A DNA stretch of 48,959 bases from Acidimicrobiia bacterium (lineage in GTDB: Bacteria; Actinomycetota; Acidimicrobiia; Spongiisociales; ZC4RG35): NCBI GenBank assembly GCA_050050035.1, contig JASFVB010000001.1:1-48959 (forward strand). The letters are read 5' to 3'. Every line of letters starts with the position of its first letter. Position 1 is the stretch's first letter. The notes beneath the pieces are model-generated. The model was not told where the DNA came from, made no database searches, and saw only the letters and a list, made by a program, of their open reading frames with translations. This document shows positions 1-8,710 of the stretch, one piece after another. The position numbers and the translations under genes are program-made.

Positions 1-2
1 CG

Positions 3-887
3 CCGAAGGCCGTCGCCGGCTACCGAGAGCAGGTGCGTCAGATCGTTGACGATGTGCTCGACGATGTGGAAGCCAAGGGCGAGATGGAGGTGGTCAGGGA
101 CTTCGCCTACCAGGTCCCGATGACCGTGATCCTCGACCTGATGGGTGTTCCCGATCTGAACAGACAGAAGATCAAGCAGTGGTCGGAGGAGTTGGGGCTC
201 TTCTTCTTCATCCGGGCCGACGAGCCTCGTCGTCGCCATTTCGCCACTCGAGGGGTGAGTGCGCTGGCCGGCTACATGACACATGTGGTCGAGCAGAAGG
301 CGAAGAGCCCGGACGACAAGCTGATCAGCCTCTTCCTCGAAGCCGAGGCGAAGGGAACCATCACACGTGACGATGTGGTCGCCAACTGTGTGCTGCTCGC
401 TTTCGGGGGTCACGAGACGACGATGAACCTGATCGCCAACGGGACTCTCGCCCTCACCCGGCACCCGGATCAGTGGAAGCGGCTGAAGGAAGACCCGACG
501 ATGGTCAAGTCGGCCATCGAGGAGCTCCTCCGCTACGACGGATCGGTGAAGACGACCGTGCGTTGGGCGAGGGAGGACGTCGAGGTCGGCGGTGAGACCA
601 TCAAGGCCGGGCAACGTGTCCTGCTCGGTCTGTCGGCGGCGAACCGTGATCCCGGAAAGTTCGACGAGCCAGACGCCCTCGACCTGACACGTGACCCCAA
701 CCTGCACGTGGCCTTCGGACAGGGGATCCATGTCTGCGTGGGTGCCCCGCTCGCCCGTCTCGAGGCGCAGGAGGCATTTGCCGCCCTCACCGAGAGGTTC
801 GACGTCCCCGACATCGTCAGCGAGGACTACGAGTATTGGCCGACCGTCATCGGCCGGTCGCTGAAGTCCCTGGAGGTGAGGTTCTGA
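3..887 (+). CDS. cytochrome P450 (5'-truncated by window edge)
   Basis: The frame is open from the window edge. It carries an I-helix motif AFGGHETT, an ExxR motif (EELLRY) and the heme-Cys loop FGQGIHVCVGAPLA. GC3 is high. Confidence 0.9.
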   Translation, partial: PKAVAGYREQVRQIVDDVLDDVEAKGEMEVVRDFAYQVPMTVILDLMGVPDLNRQKIKQWSEELGLFFFIRADEPRRRHFATRGVSALAGYMTHVVEQKAKSPDDKLISLFLEAEAKGTITRDDVVANCVLLAFGGHETTMNLIANGTLALTRHPDQWKRLKEDPTMVKSAIEELLRYDGSVKTTVRWAREDVEVGGETIKAGQRVLLGLSAANRDPGKFDEPDALDLTRDPNLHVAFGQGIHVCVGAPLARLEAQEAFAALTERFDVPDIVSEDYEYWPTVIGRSLKSLEVRF

Positions 888-888
888 G

Positions 889-1110
889 ATGGCCGGGTTG
901 GACGTGACGGTCGACCACGACCTGTGCGTTGGCTCGACCATGTGCACCCAGTTCGCGGAAGGGGTCTTCGACCTGAACGACGAGGGTCAGTCGGTGGTGA
1001 CCGATCCGGCAGGGGCGAGTCGGGAGGCGATCGTGGACGCGGCGTCCCAGTGCCCCATGGAGGCCATCACCGTCGTCGACACCGCGACTGGGGAGAGGCT
1101 CTTCCCCTGA
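889..1110 (+). CDS. small ferredoxin (3Fe-4S/4Fe-4S type), P450 redox partner
   Basis: 73 aa. The ATG lies 1 nt after the P450 stop. Cys pattern is CVGSTMC...QCP, typical of P450-linked actinobacterial ferredoxins. Confidence 0.85.
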   Translation: MAGLDVTVDHDLCVGSTMCTQFAEGVFDLNDEGQSVVTDPAGASREAIVDAASQCPMEAITVVDTATGERLFP

Positions 1111-1147
1111 GACCCCCAGAGACCGGTTGCGACAAAGGATTGCACCG

Positions 1148-1194
1148 TTCTGTGAGGGTTTGTAGACCGTGGCGGTACAACAACCCTCACAGAA
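1148..1194. terminator. long hairpin in convergent intergenic region (13-bp stem TTCTGTGAGGGTT/AACCCTCACAGAA)
   Basis: Perfect 13-bp arms at 1148-1160 and 1182-1194, with a partly self-pairing 21-nt loop. It lies between the ferredoxin (+) and HD-GYP (-) stop codons. No U-tract follows. Confidence 0.5.
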
Positions 1195-1221
1195 GCGGGT
1201 CGAGGTCGCCGAAGGAGTGAG

Positions 1222-1830
1222 CTAGGCGGTGAGCTCGAGCGGGAGAGCGTCGACCTCGGCGAGACTGCTGAAGATCTCGACGACGGCCGGGTCGAATTGG
1301 GCACCGGCGTGCTTGCGGATCTCGTGGACGGCGAAGTCGACGGGCAAGGCAGGCTGATAGGCACGTTTCGAGGTCATGGCGTCGAAGGCGTCGGCGACGA
1401 GGACGATGCGGCTGAGGATCGGGATGGCATCGCCCGCCAAGCCGAACGGGTATCCGGCTCCGTCGAAACGCTCGTGGTGATAGAGGATGGCTTCCGAGAT
1501 CTTCGGGTCGAGACGGTTGCGTGTCATGGCGAAGCCAAGCTCGGGGTGACGCTCCATCAGGTCACGCTCGGTCGGGTCGAGTGGCCCCGGCTTGCCCAAG
1601 ATCCCCGGGTCCATGTGGATCTTGCCCACATCGTGCAGCACCCCGGCGAGGGCGAGGCGATCGAGATCGTCCTCGCCCAGCCCGAGTCCGCGTCCTAGGT
1701 CGACGGCGAGGTTGGATACGCGGTGAACGTGCCCGTGCAGGTCTTCGATGACGTCTTCCATCACCTTGATGAGGTAGTCGTCGGGGAAATCATTCATATC
1801 GAGCACAACAGGAGTTTCGTCAGTGCACAT
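1222..1830 (-). CDS. HD-GYP domain protein (putative c-di-GMP phosphodiesterase)
   Basis: Motifs HDVGK and HHERFDGAGYP. I trimmed the start to ATG 1830 (MCTDETP) because the upstream part of the 342-aa ORF is Arg/Gly-rich shadow sequence overlapping the next gene. Confidence 0.85.
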   Translation of the reverse strand: MCTDETPVVLDMNDFPDDYLIKVMEDVIEDLHGHVHRVSNLAVDLGRGLGLGEDDLDRLALAGVLHDVGKIHMDPGILGKPGPLDPTERDLMERHPELGFAMTRNRLDPKISEAILYHHERFDGAGYPFGLAGDAIPILSRIVLVADAFDAMTSKRAYQPALPVDFAVHEIRKHAGAQFDPAVVEIFSSLAEVDALPLELTA

Positions 1831-1898
1831 AAACCTGTGGATAAGTCGGCAGTCCCATTTGGCCTTGCCGGAAGGTCGAAATCGACGATTTCGTAGGT

Positions 1899-2699
1899 CT
1901 AGCGACCCGTTTGATCGTCTTTCGAGGCGAGTTGCTCGACGTAATTGGTCACCGCGGCCTCGTGCTCGGGCGTGGTGTGTGCGATTGCCTGGAGCGCAGC
2001 GGAGTACTCGAGGAAGCCGTCGAGGTCCATGCTCCTGGCTTGTCTCAGCAGCCGTTTGGTCATGGTCACGGCCGGTCCCGGCTTCGACGCGATGGACCGG
2101 GCCACCTCCATCACATGTGAGGAGAGTTGATCCTCCGGGACCACCTCGAGGAGGACTCCGTAGCTCTCCGCCTCGGCCGAGGTGATGAAACGTGAGGTCA
2201 GCGCCAACTCGGCCGCCCTCTGCCAGCCGACCACGCGTGGCAGCAGCCATGCACCACCATCACCCGGGACGATGCCGAGGTCGACGAAGGTGTGGGCAAA
2301 CCTCGCCTTTCTCGAGCCATACCTGAGGTCACACGACAGAACCAGATCGAACCCGGCGCCGACCGCGGGGCCGTTCACACATGCGATTGTGACGAGGTCG
2401 GTGGTGGCCATGAGACGAGTCAGTTGCTGGATGGTCTCTCGATAGCTCTCGACCGTCTCTGCGGGGTTGCCGGCGAAGAGCCCCTCCCGGGCGGCCATCT
2501 TCTTGACGTCGCCCCCGGCACTGAACGCCGGCCCCTCGGCGTCGATCACGGCGACAACCACATCGGGGTCCTTCTCGGCGTCATCGAGCGAATCGAGCAG
2601 GGCATCGAGCATCTCTGGCCCCGTGATGGTGTTGCGAACCTCCGGGGCGGCGAGAGTGATCCTGGCGACGCCGGCGTCGACATGGCTCTTGATGCTCAT
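1899..2699 (-). CDS. enoyl-CoA hydratase/isomerase (crotonase) family protein
   Basis: The sequence ITLAAPEVRNTIT...AFSAGGDVKK...NGPAVGAGFDL is a typical crotonase fold signature. The start is set at ATG 2699 (MSIKSH). Confidence 0.85.
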   Translation of the reverse strand: MSIKSHVDAGVARITLAAPEVRNTITGPEMLDALLDSLDDAEKDPDVVVAVIDAEGPAFSAGGDVKKMAAREGLFAGNPAETVESYRETIQQLTRLMATTDLVTIACVNGPAVGAGFDLVLSCDLRYGSRKARFAHTFVDLGIVPGDGGAWLLPRVVGWQRAAELALTSRFITSAEAESYGVLLEVVPEDQLSSHVMEVARSIASKPGPAVTMTKRLLRQARSMDLDGFLEYSAALQAIAHTTPEHEAAVTNYVEQLASKDDQTGR

Positions 2700-2721
2700 C
2701 AGAGCACTGGGCGTCGGGTGG

Positions 2722-3453
2722 TCACAGGAAGGTCTGCGCCAGCTCGACTGCCTTGTCTGCCTTCTCTCCCGTGACCTTGAGACGGGTTTCGGCAACTGTG
2801 GTGCGGCGGACCACCAATCGAGCCCAGTCCGAGGCCGAGCCCTTGATGAGGTTCTCGGCGTCCGTCGGCCCGTAGACCCACTTGGAGTAGCCGGGACCGA
2901 TGACCTCGACACGAACCGGCTCGTAATGCTCGCCCGCCTGCTTGAAGGCGTAGGGCAGGGTCTTCCAACCAAACCAGCACACGTGACGGATGCGGGGTGT
3001 GTCCTCCACTTCGATGCCGAGCGTCTCGTAGATGTCGAGGCCGTGGAGCCAGGTCTCGGTCAAGCGGAATGTGGCGAAGGTCCGCGCGCTCATGTCCCCA
3101 GCTATCCAGGGAAGCCGGTCTTCGCCGGTCATGTGTGATAGGGGCTCGACCACTCTGGCACGACCACCTCGCCACCACTCGATGACGTCCTGTGGCCGCA
3201 TCCCGCGACCCTTCTTGATCGGTCGCTGGCGCAGAGGTTCGATGTCGGTCGCCGCCTGCCATTCCTCGATCAGTTCGCCGTTCTGGAGGGCGTCGGCGCC
3301 GAGGTCCTCGAAGTCGGCGAGATGAGCGATGGTGTCACGAACCGTCCAGGGCTTGTTGGGCGTGACGAGATCCCACACCTTTATGGGGATTCTCTGCAGC
3401 GATTGATCGAGAAACTGCTGCTCGGCCACCAGATCCGAGAGAATGTCGCGCAC
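2722..3453 (-). CDS. DinB/maleylpyruvate-isomerase-like (mycothiol-dependent enzyme family, TIGR03084-like) protein
   Basis: 243 aa. The N-terminus (W.VRDTIAHLADFE) resembles the DinB-like metal-binding helix of the mycothiol-dependent isomerase family. The assignment is by recollection only. Confidence 0.6.
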   Translation of the reverse strand: MRDILSDLVAEQQFLDQSLQRIPIKVWDLVTPNKPWTVRDTIAHLADFEDLGADALQNGELIEEWQAATDIEPLRQRPIKKGRGMRPQDVIEWWRGGRARVVEPLSHMTGEDRLPWIAGDMSARTFATFRLTETWLHGLDIYETLGIEVEDTPRIRHVCWFGWKTLPYAFKQAGEHYEPVRVEVIGPGYSKWVYGPTDAENLIKGSASDWARLVVRRTTVAETRLKVTGEKADKAVELAQTFL

Positions 3454-3503
3454 ATGCCGATTCTAGTAGACGATTTCCGGCTAATACCAAGAGGGAGAGG
3501 CTT

Positions 3504-4586
3504 CTACCAGGGTCTTTCCGCCTGCTCCTCGGTCATCGGCATGGGTATCTCGGTGGTTCCCGGGAGACTCGCCAGGACGTTGAGACGGTCTACGAGCTGA
3601 CGGAGACGCCCGAACTGCCGGCGGTCGAAGTAAAAGGTGAGGCGCTCCATGTCCAGGGCGTCATCGTCGTCGATCTCCGCCTGGTTCGCCTCGGTTCTCT
3701 CGATGTGGCCCTCGACGACTATGTCCGCGAACTCCTCGTTGATCTGGGCCAGCTCGTCGTCGTCGGGGGCGCGACGGAGGCGAATGATCAGCTTCCCACT
3801 GGTGAAACGCTCGGAGTGGTAGTTGGAGTAGAAGGTGAGTATGTGCTCACACGCCTCGTCCACACTGGTTGTCGGGAAGAACAGGGCGAGGTCGGCGTCC
3901 GAGATCATCCCCTGGCCGAGCAGCCGTTGGTGGATGAAGTCGAGTAGTGGCTCCCAATAGCCGGTTCCCGGTGCTTCCAAGAGGACGATCGGATGCAGGT
4001 CGGACTTCCCGGTCTGGATGAGTGTGATCAGCTCGAACGCCTCGTCGAGGGTGCCAAACCCGCCCGGGAGGATGGCGAAGGCGTGTGACTCCTTGACGAA
4101 CCCGAGTTTGCGGGTGAAGAAGTATTTGAAGTTGACGGTGCGCTCTTCGGAGATGTACCCGTTGGCGGCAGCCTCGAACGGGAGCCGGATGTTGACTCCG
4201 TAGGAGTGGTCGATGCCCGCGCCCTTGCTGCCCGCCTCCATGATCCCCGGGCCGGCGCCGGTGATGACGCCCCAACCGTGACCTGCCATGACCGAGGCGA
4301 ACTCCTCGGTTATCTGGTAGTTGGGGTCGCCGGGAGCGAGTCGGGCCGAGCCATAGATGGTGACCTTGGGCTCGGAGTGTCTGCTGAAGACCAGGTTGGA
4401 GTAGCGCATCTCCTTGAGCGCGGTGTTTATCAGCCGGAGATCACCACGATTCGCCCCGTCGCGATGCAGCTTCAAGGCAGTGACCAGTAGCTCCTCGATG
4501 AGGTCGCTGTTGTCGTTCGACGAGCTGTCTGCGACGAGTCTGCGCAGACGCTCGTCGAGTTCCTCATTACCGAGGTCGTAGGGCAC
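3504..4586 (-). CDS. LOG family protein (nucleotide 5'-monophosphate nucleosidase / lysine-decarboxylase-like) with N- and C-terminal extensions
   Basis: Motifs GAGPGIMEA and PGGFGTLDEAFE are LOG/TIGR00730 signatures. The protein is 360 aa, with an extra acidic C-terminal region of about 100 aa. Confidence 0.8.
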   Translation of the reverse strand: MPYDLGNEELDERLRRLVADSSSNDNSDLIEELLVTALKLHRDGANRGDLRLINTALKEMRYSNLVFSRHSEPKVTIYGSARLAPGDPNYQITEEFASVMAGHGWGVITGAGPGIMEAGSKGAGIDHSYGVNIRLPFEAAANGYISEERTVNFKYFFTRKLGFVKESHAFAILPGGFGTLDEAFELITLIQTGKSDLHPIVLLEAPGTGYWEPLLDFIHQRLLGQGMISDADLALFFPTTSVDEACEHILTFYSNYHSERFTSGKLIIRLRRAPDDDELAQINEEFADIVVEGHIERTEANQAEIDDDDALDMERLTFYFDRRQFGRLRQLVDRLNVLASLPGTTEIPMPMTEEQAERPW

Positions 4587-4592
4587 GAGTCT

Positions 4593-5486
4593 TCAGCTCT
4601 CCCACTCGGCTAGGGCCGCCCGTGCAACCTCGTCGCCCCACTCCTGCACGAAATGGCCGGCGTTGGGAAGAGACAGTGGGTCGGGGCAGCCGTTGATGAT
4701 CCCGTGGATGAGGGGCATGACGGACGCCAGCACGGGGTCGGCCTCACCGATGGCCATGAAGCATCGCCCTTCAAACTCGGTGGCCCACCATTTGACGGCC
4801 CGCTTGGAGACGTCCACGCCGTCGGCGTCCGGCGAGGTGGGGACGAGGGCCGGGAATGTCCGCACCCCGGCCTTGTGCTCGGGACCCGGGAAGGGAGCGT
4901 CGTAGGCCGCGATCTCTGCGTCGGTTAGATGCTCGCACGACCGGCTCATCAGCTTCCCCACGTCGAAGTCCGGGGTGTTGGCGACGTAGTCCCGCCAGGC
5001 GATGAAGCCGTCGGTGGGCTCGACGCCGGTCCCGAATGCCGTGTTCATAATCAGCAGGCCGGACACTCTCTGCGGCATGTCGACCGGGACCGTCAGACCC
5101 AACAGCCCGCCCCAGTCCTGCACGACGAGCGTCACCTCGGAGAGGTCGAGACGCTCGATGAAGCGGAGAAGGCTGCCGCGATGGAAGTCCCAGGTGTAGT
5201 CGGCGTCGTTGATCGGCTTGTCCGAGCGGCCAAAGCCAAAGAAGTCGGGAGCGACCACACGCGCCCCCGAGCCCAGGAAGACCGGGATCATCTTGCGGTA
5301 CAGATACGCCCACGTCGGCTCACCGTGGAGGCAGAGGAACACGGGCGCGTCCGGCGGGCCCTCGTCCACGTAGTGCATCCGAAGCCCTTCGTATCCGGGC
5401 AGGTCATCGAGGTAGTGGGGCTCGTACGGCCAGTCGGGAAGATCGGAGAACCGGGAATCGTCGGTCCTCAGGGCATCGAGTGTCAT
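4593..5486 (-). CDS. haloalkane dehalogenase-type alpha/beta hydrolase
   Basis: HGEPTWAYLYRKMIP, the nucleophile motif VVQDWGG and a C-terminal NAGHFVQE match the DhlA/DhmA-like HLD pattern. Confidence 0.8.
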   Translation of the reverse strand: MTLDALRTDDSRFSDLPDWPYEPHYLDDLPGYEGLRMHYVDEGPPDAPVFLCLHGEPTWAYLYRKMIPVFLGSGARVVAPDFFGFGRSDKPINDADYTWDFHRGSLLRFIERLDLSEVTLVVQDWGGLLGLTVPVDMPQRVSGLLIMNTAFGTGVEPTDGFIAWRDYVANTPDFDVGKLMSRSCEHLTDAEIAAYDAPFPGPEHKAGVRTFPALVPTSPDADGVDVSKRAVKWWATEFEGRCFMAIGEADPVLASVMPLIHGIINGCPDPLSLPNAGHFVQEWGDEVARAALAEWES

Positions 5487-5510
5487 GGTGTGTGAGGGTA
5501 CCCGGTGCGT

Positions 5511-6500
5511 CTAGAAGGGCTTGTCGGACGGGCCCTTGCGGACGACGGCATTCCAGACCGTCTCGTAGTGATCGCGGTCGAAACGGTCGACCTGTGGCAG
5601 CACGAACTCTTCCCAGGCGTGACGCAGGGGGTCTTCGCGGTCGGCGAAGATGAGCAGCCCGGTGGGGAGACGGTCCAGCACCGAGCGCAAGGAGAGTGGT
5701 GTCTCCACCCTGGTGCCGGTGTCTGGGGTGTCGAACGAGGCGTTGATCTCGATCGTCAGCCGGGCGATCGCATCGACGTATACGTCCTTGAGGTGTGGGT
5801 AGCGCCGTTCCAACATCGCCTTCACCTGGTCTTCGCTGGGGAACGTCTTCTCCCAGATGACCCAACGGTCGGCAAACGCCTTGTTCAGGGTCTGCGTCCC
5901 GGCGTAGTCGCGGATGTCGGTGGGGTTCATCGTGCCAAACATGCGAACGTCGTCGCGAAGACTCACCGTCTCACCGTTGGGCAGATCGAGGGCGGCGTAG
6001 CGATCGAGCAGTCCGTGGAGTGCGAACAAGGTCTCGGCACCCGCCGCGTTCAACTCGGAGAGGTTGAGCAGGGCCGGTCCACGCAGCGCCCGGGTGATGT
6101 CACCGTCCTCCCAACGGCTCTCGGTGCCTCCTTTGCCGTCACCGTGGAGGTGCGTCGAGCCGATGAGCGTCACGTCCCTGACCTCACCCGTGAGCGGGAT
6201 TCGGAAGTAGGGGAGCCCCATGGCAGCGGCAAACTGCTCGATGTCGTGATCCTTGCCGGTTCCCATGTGGCCGCGGACGGCGACATGAAGTGGGACCAGC
6301 CCTTCGGCCTCGGCTCGTCGGGCCTGCTCGACCTGAGCGAACCGATAGAGCATTCCCAGATCGACGTAGTGCGGGTCGGGCTCGGGGATCTTTCGCATCC
6401 GCAACTCGCTGTCGGCGAGGTCACTCGGAACCTCGAACTTCTCCAGCTCGATGGCAGGGCCCTGACCGGATGGGTCGTCGAACACGACGTTGTCAGGCAA
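5511..6500 (-). CDS. CobS-like / MoxR-class AAA+ ATPase with non-canonical Walker motifs
   Basis: GHMGTGKDHDIEQ aligns to CobS GTGKSTHIEQ. LLNLSEL sits at the Walker B position, TMNP at sensor 1, and DRW is present. The gene overlaps the upstream VWA gene by 8 nt. Confidence 0.8.
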   Translation of the reverse strand: MPDNVVFDDPSGQGPAIELEKFEVPSDLADSELRMRKIPEPDPHYVDLGMLYRFAQVEQARRAEAEGLVPLHVAVRGHMGTGKDHDIEQFAAAMGLPYFRIPLTGEVRDVTLIGSTHLHGDGKGGTESRWEDGDITRALRGPALLNLSELNAAGAETLFALHGLLDRYAALDLPNGETVSLRDDVRMFGTMNPTDIRDYAGTQTLNKAFADRWVIWEKTFPSEDQVKAMLERRYPHLKDVYVDAIARLTIEINASFDTPDTGTRVETPLSLRSVLDRLPTGLLIFADREDPLRHAWEEFVLPQVDRFDRDHYETVWNAVVRKGPSDKPF

Positions 6501-8580
6501 TTGCTTTCTCCTTCTCGTAGTACTCCGATGCGCGCAGCCACCATGTGTCCATTCCCGAGTAGGCGAGGCTGCGTCTCAGGGCCCCTCGGGTGCCATCGAC
6601 CATGGCCGCCGTCAGCTGATCGGGCTGTTCGACGACCTCGTGACGTCGATAGGCCTGGTCGACGGTGTGGTCACCGATGCCAATGCCGATGACGGTCGTG
6701 CCGGTCGCCTCGACTGATTCGACGGTCTTGGTCAGTGCCTCCACCGAGCCACGTGTCATCCCGTCTGCGAGGACCATCAGTATGCGAACGTCGGCGCCGA
6801 GTCTTGCCATTCTCTCCGAAGCGTGGACGACGTTGTACTCGTCGACGTTCGCCGCCTTCTCGAAGAGCGAGACAGGAGGAGCCGACCGAGTGTCCTTGCG
6901 GGCCAGCGTCGACGCCTTTCTGGGGTTCATCGCGGTGTAGAAGAGCCCCGCCAACGTGGCCTGTGAGTCACGCCATCTCCGATCGAATGGCTTCACCATG
7001 TAGTGGTTGACCGTGGAGGTGAGCCGGTCCGCCGCCGAGCCCTGGGTTCGCTTCAAACCTGCGGTCGCTGCCGATCGGCCACGAACGTAGGTGTCCTCGG
7101 TGTCGTCTGGCCGAGCGGCGAACCCTCGATTGAACAGGGCAACCTCGAAGTCGATCTGTAGCTCGTCACACAACCTCGCCATGCTCCATGCGCCGAGGAG
7201 TGCCGCCGGCATCGCCCATTGTGTTCCGGCGTGGGCTCGTCTGCCCGGGCTCAGCATCGATGCCGACCCGTCAACCAGCAGGGACACCGCGTAGCGACGA
7301 CGTGTTCGGGACGCCCGACGCTCGTACAGACGCTGATAGAGCCCGGCGCCGATGAAGAGAGCTGCATGTGGGGAGACGTCACCCTGGTCGAATCCTGACC
7401 TCAGCCCTCGACGCTGGTTGGCTGCGAATAGCGGGTACAGCTCTCCCGACACGTGTCTTTGATCGACCGACCAGCGTCGTGAGGCGTCGGCGATGGCAGC
7501 CATCCCCTCCTCTCCGAATCCGGCGAAGGCGAACGGGATGGGGCTGACGAGGAGCTTGCCTCCCTGGCCGGTCGGTAGGAAGACCTGGGGTGCCTGGCTG
7601 ACACGAAGCAGTTGGCTCGTCGACTCGTCATCCGCCAGGTCGGACGCTCCTTTCTGGTCCGACTCACCGGATCGGGCGTCTGCCGATCGCCTCGTGTCCT
7701 GGTACGACTCGGCGTCGGTGAGTATCGGCGACGTCAGCCGGACCGTGTCGACCCCCTCGGCAGCCTTGTCCGCGTCGGTCTTCTCCAAGGCCTTGCGCTG
7801 GGCGTTGGTCGCAGTGTCGGGGGCCTCGTTGATCAGACCGTTGGCACGGGCGATCGCTTCGAGCTCGAGAGCGAGCTGCGCCACGTACCACGGATCGTCA
7901 GACTCGGCCGCTTGCCGGCAATGGTCCGTGGCGTCGTCGAGGGCCACGGCGGCCCGCGCCTCGAATCTTCTCTCGAGGAGCTCTCTCTCCACGTATCCGG
8001 CCGTCAGCAGGAAGCAGCCGAGGACGAACTGGCTGAGAGCACCGGAGCGTTGAATGGCCTGGCCGAGCGACGACATGTAGAGGTCCTCGAGCACCGATCT
8101 CGCTCCGGGGTAGATCGACAGGCCCTGCGACTCCTGACGGGCATCCTCCAGTGAGAAGAAGAGAACCTCGGCGACGGGCTTGTCGGTCCTCTCCAGTGCG
8201 GTGAGCAGGTCCATCTCGGCTTCGGGGACCGTCTCCCCGTCGATTGGCCACTCGTCGGGGAGCTGGCGGACATCGTCGAGGTTGGTGGACACCAGATGCA
8301 GCACCTCGTGGAGGGCGGATGCAAGCGCGACCTCGTCCGGTGTGACCGGGGCGTTTCGGTGATAGGCGGCCTGGAAGATGCGTGGATCGCACACGACCTC
8401 GTCCGAGGACGCCGACGACTCGGATCCGAGCCTGACCCGAAGGTTGGGGTTCTCGGAGAGACTGCGCGCCAGCCGTGTGACAGCAGGCGCGACACGCTGA
8501 TAGCGGCCGACCACGGCCTCGATGGCCTGGTCTTCAGGGCCGATCAGGTCGGTGAGGAATGTCTGGCTGCGTTCGCGCAC
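6493..8580 (-). CDS. CobT-like VWA-domain protein with N-terminal HExxH region
   Basis: VWA MIDAS (metal-ion-dependent adhesion site) motif DGSAS at 7258-7272, a C-terminal VLADG...IGIGIG segment, HEVLH at 8296-8310, and a long acidic low-complexity linker. Confidence 0.75.
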   Translation of the reverse strand: MRERSQTFLTDLIGPEDQAIEAVVGRYQRVAPAVTRLARSLSENPNLRVRLGSESSASSDEVVCDPRIFQAAYHRNAPVTPDEVALASALHEVLHLVSTNLDDVRQLPDEWPIDGETVPEAEMDLLTALERTDKPVAEVLFFSLEDARQESQGLSIYPGARSVLEDLYMSSLGQAIQRSGALSQFVLGCFLLTAGYVERELLERRFEARAAVALDDATDHCRQAAESDDPWYVAQLALELEAIARANGLINEAPDTATNAQRKALEKTDADKAAEGVDTVRLTSPILTDAESYQDTRRSADARSGESDQKGASDLADDESTSQLLRVSQAPQVFLPTGQGGKLLVSPIPFAFAGFGEEGMAAIADASRRWSVDQRHVSGELYPLFAANQRRGLRSGFDQGDVSPHAALFIGAGLYQRLYERRASRTRRRYAVSLLVDGSASMLSPGRRAHAGTQWAMPAALLGAWSMARLCDELQIDFEVALFNRGFAARPDDTEDTYVRGRSAATAGLKRTQGSAADRLTSTVNHYMVKPFDRRWRDSQATLAGLFYTAMNPRKASTLARKDTRSAPPVSLFEKAANVDEYNVVHASERMARLGADVRILMVLADGMTRGSVEALTKTVESVEATGTTVIGIGIGDHTVDQAYRRHEVVEQPDQLTAAMVDGTRGALRRSLAYSGMDTWWLRASEYYEKEKAIA

Positions 8581-8611
8581 AAGCCGTCCATTGTCTCATG
8601 TCTCGTCAAGG

Positions 8612-8636
8612 TGTCGAACCGCCCTGCGATTCGACA
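8612..8636. promoter_or_regulatory. inverted repeat TGTCGAA-N11-TTCGACA in divergent promoter region
   Basis: 7-bp perfect arms lie in the 130-nt gap between the VWA gene start (8580, -) and the M16 peptidase start (8711, +). No function has been shown. Confidence 0.25.
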
Positions 8637-8710
8637 TTCAGGTGCTCCACAACCGACCGTCTCGCTGAGCGACTTCCCGCAACGATCGCCCGCCCTTTAC
8701 CCTCACCGCC

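Noticed and set aside
1831-2250. N-terminal extensions of several track ORFs: HD-GYP to 2250, crotonase to 2972, LLM from 14038, nitroreductase to 22703, aceA from 42898 and dapA from 19091.
   Set aside because: The extensions overlap neighbouring well-supported genes, are low-complexity and Arg-rich, and start before the conserved N-termini of the families. Internal ATG/GTG starts, often with an SD, fit better.
5511-8580. Calling the AAA+/VWA pair a genuine aerobic cobaltochelatase CobS/CobT.
   Set aside because: No cobN or other cobalamin gene is nearby. The Walker motifs are atypical, and the VWA partner has an HExxH region. Only 'CobS/CobT-like' is supportable from the window.
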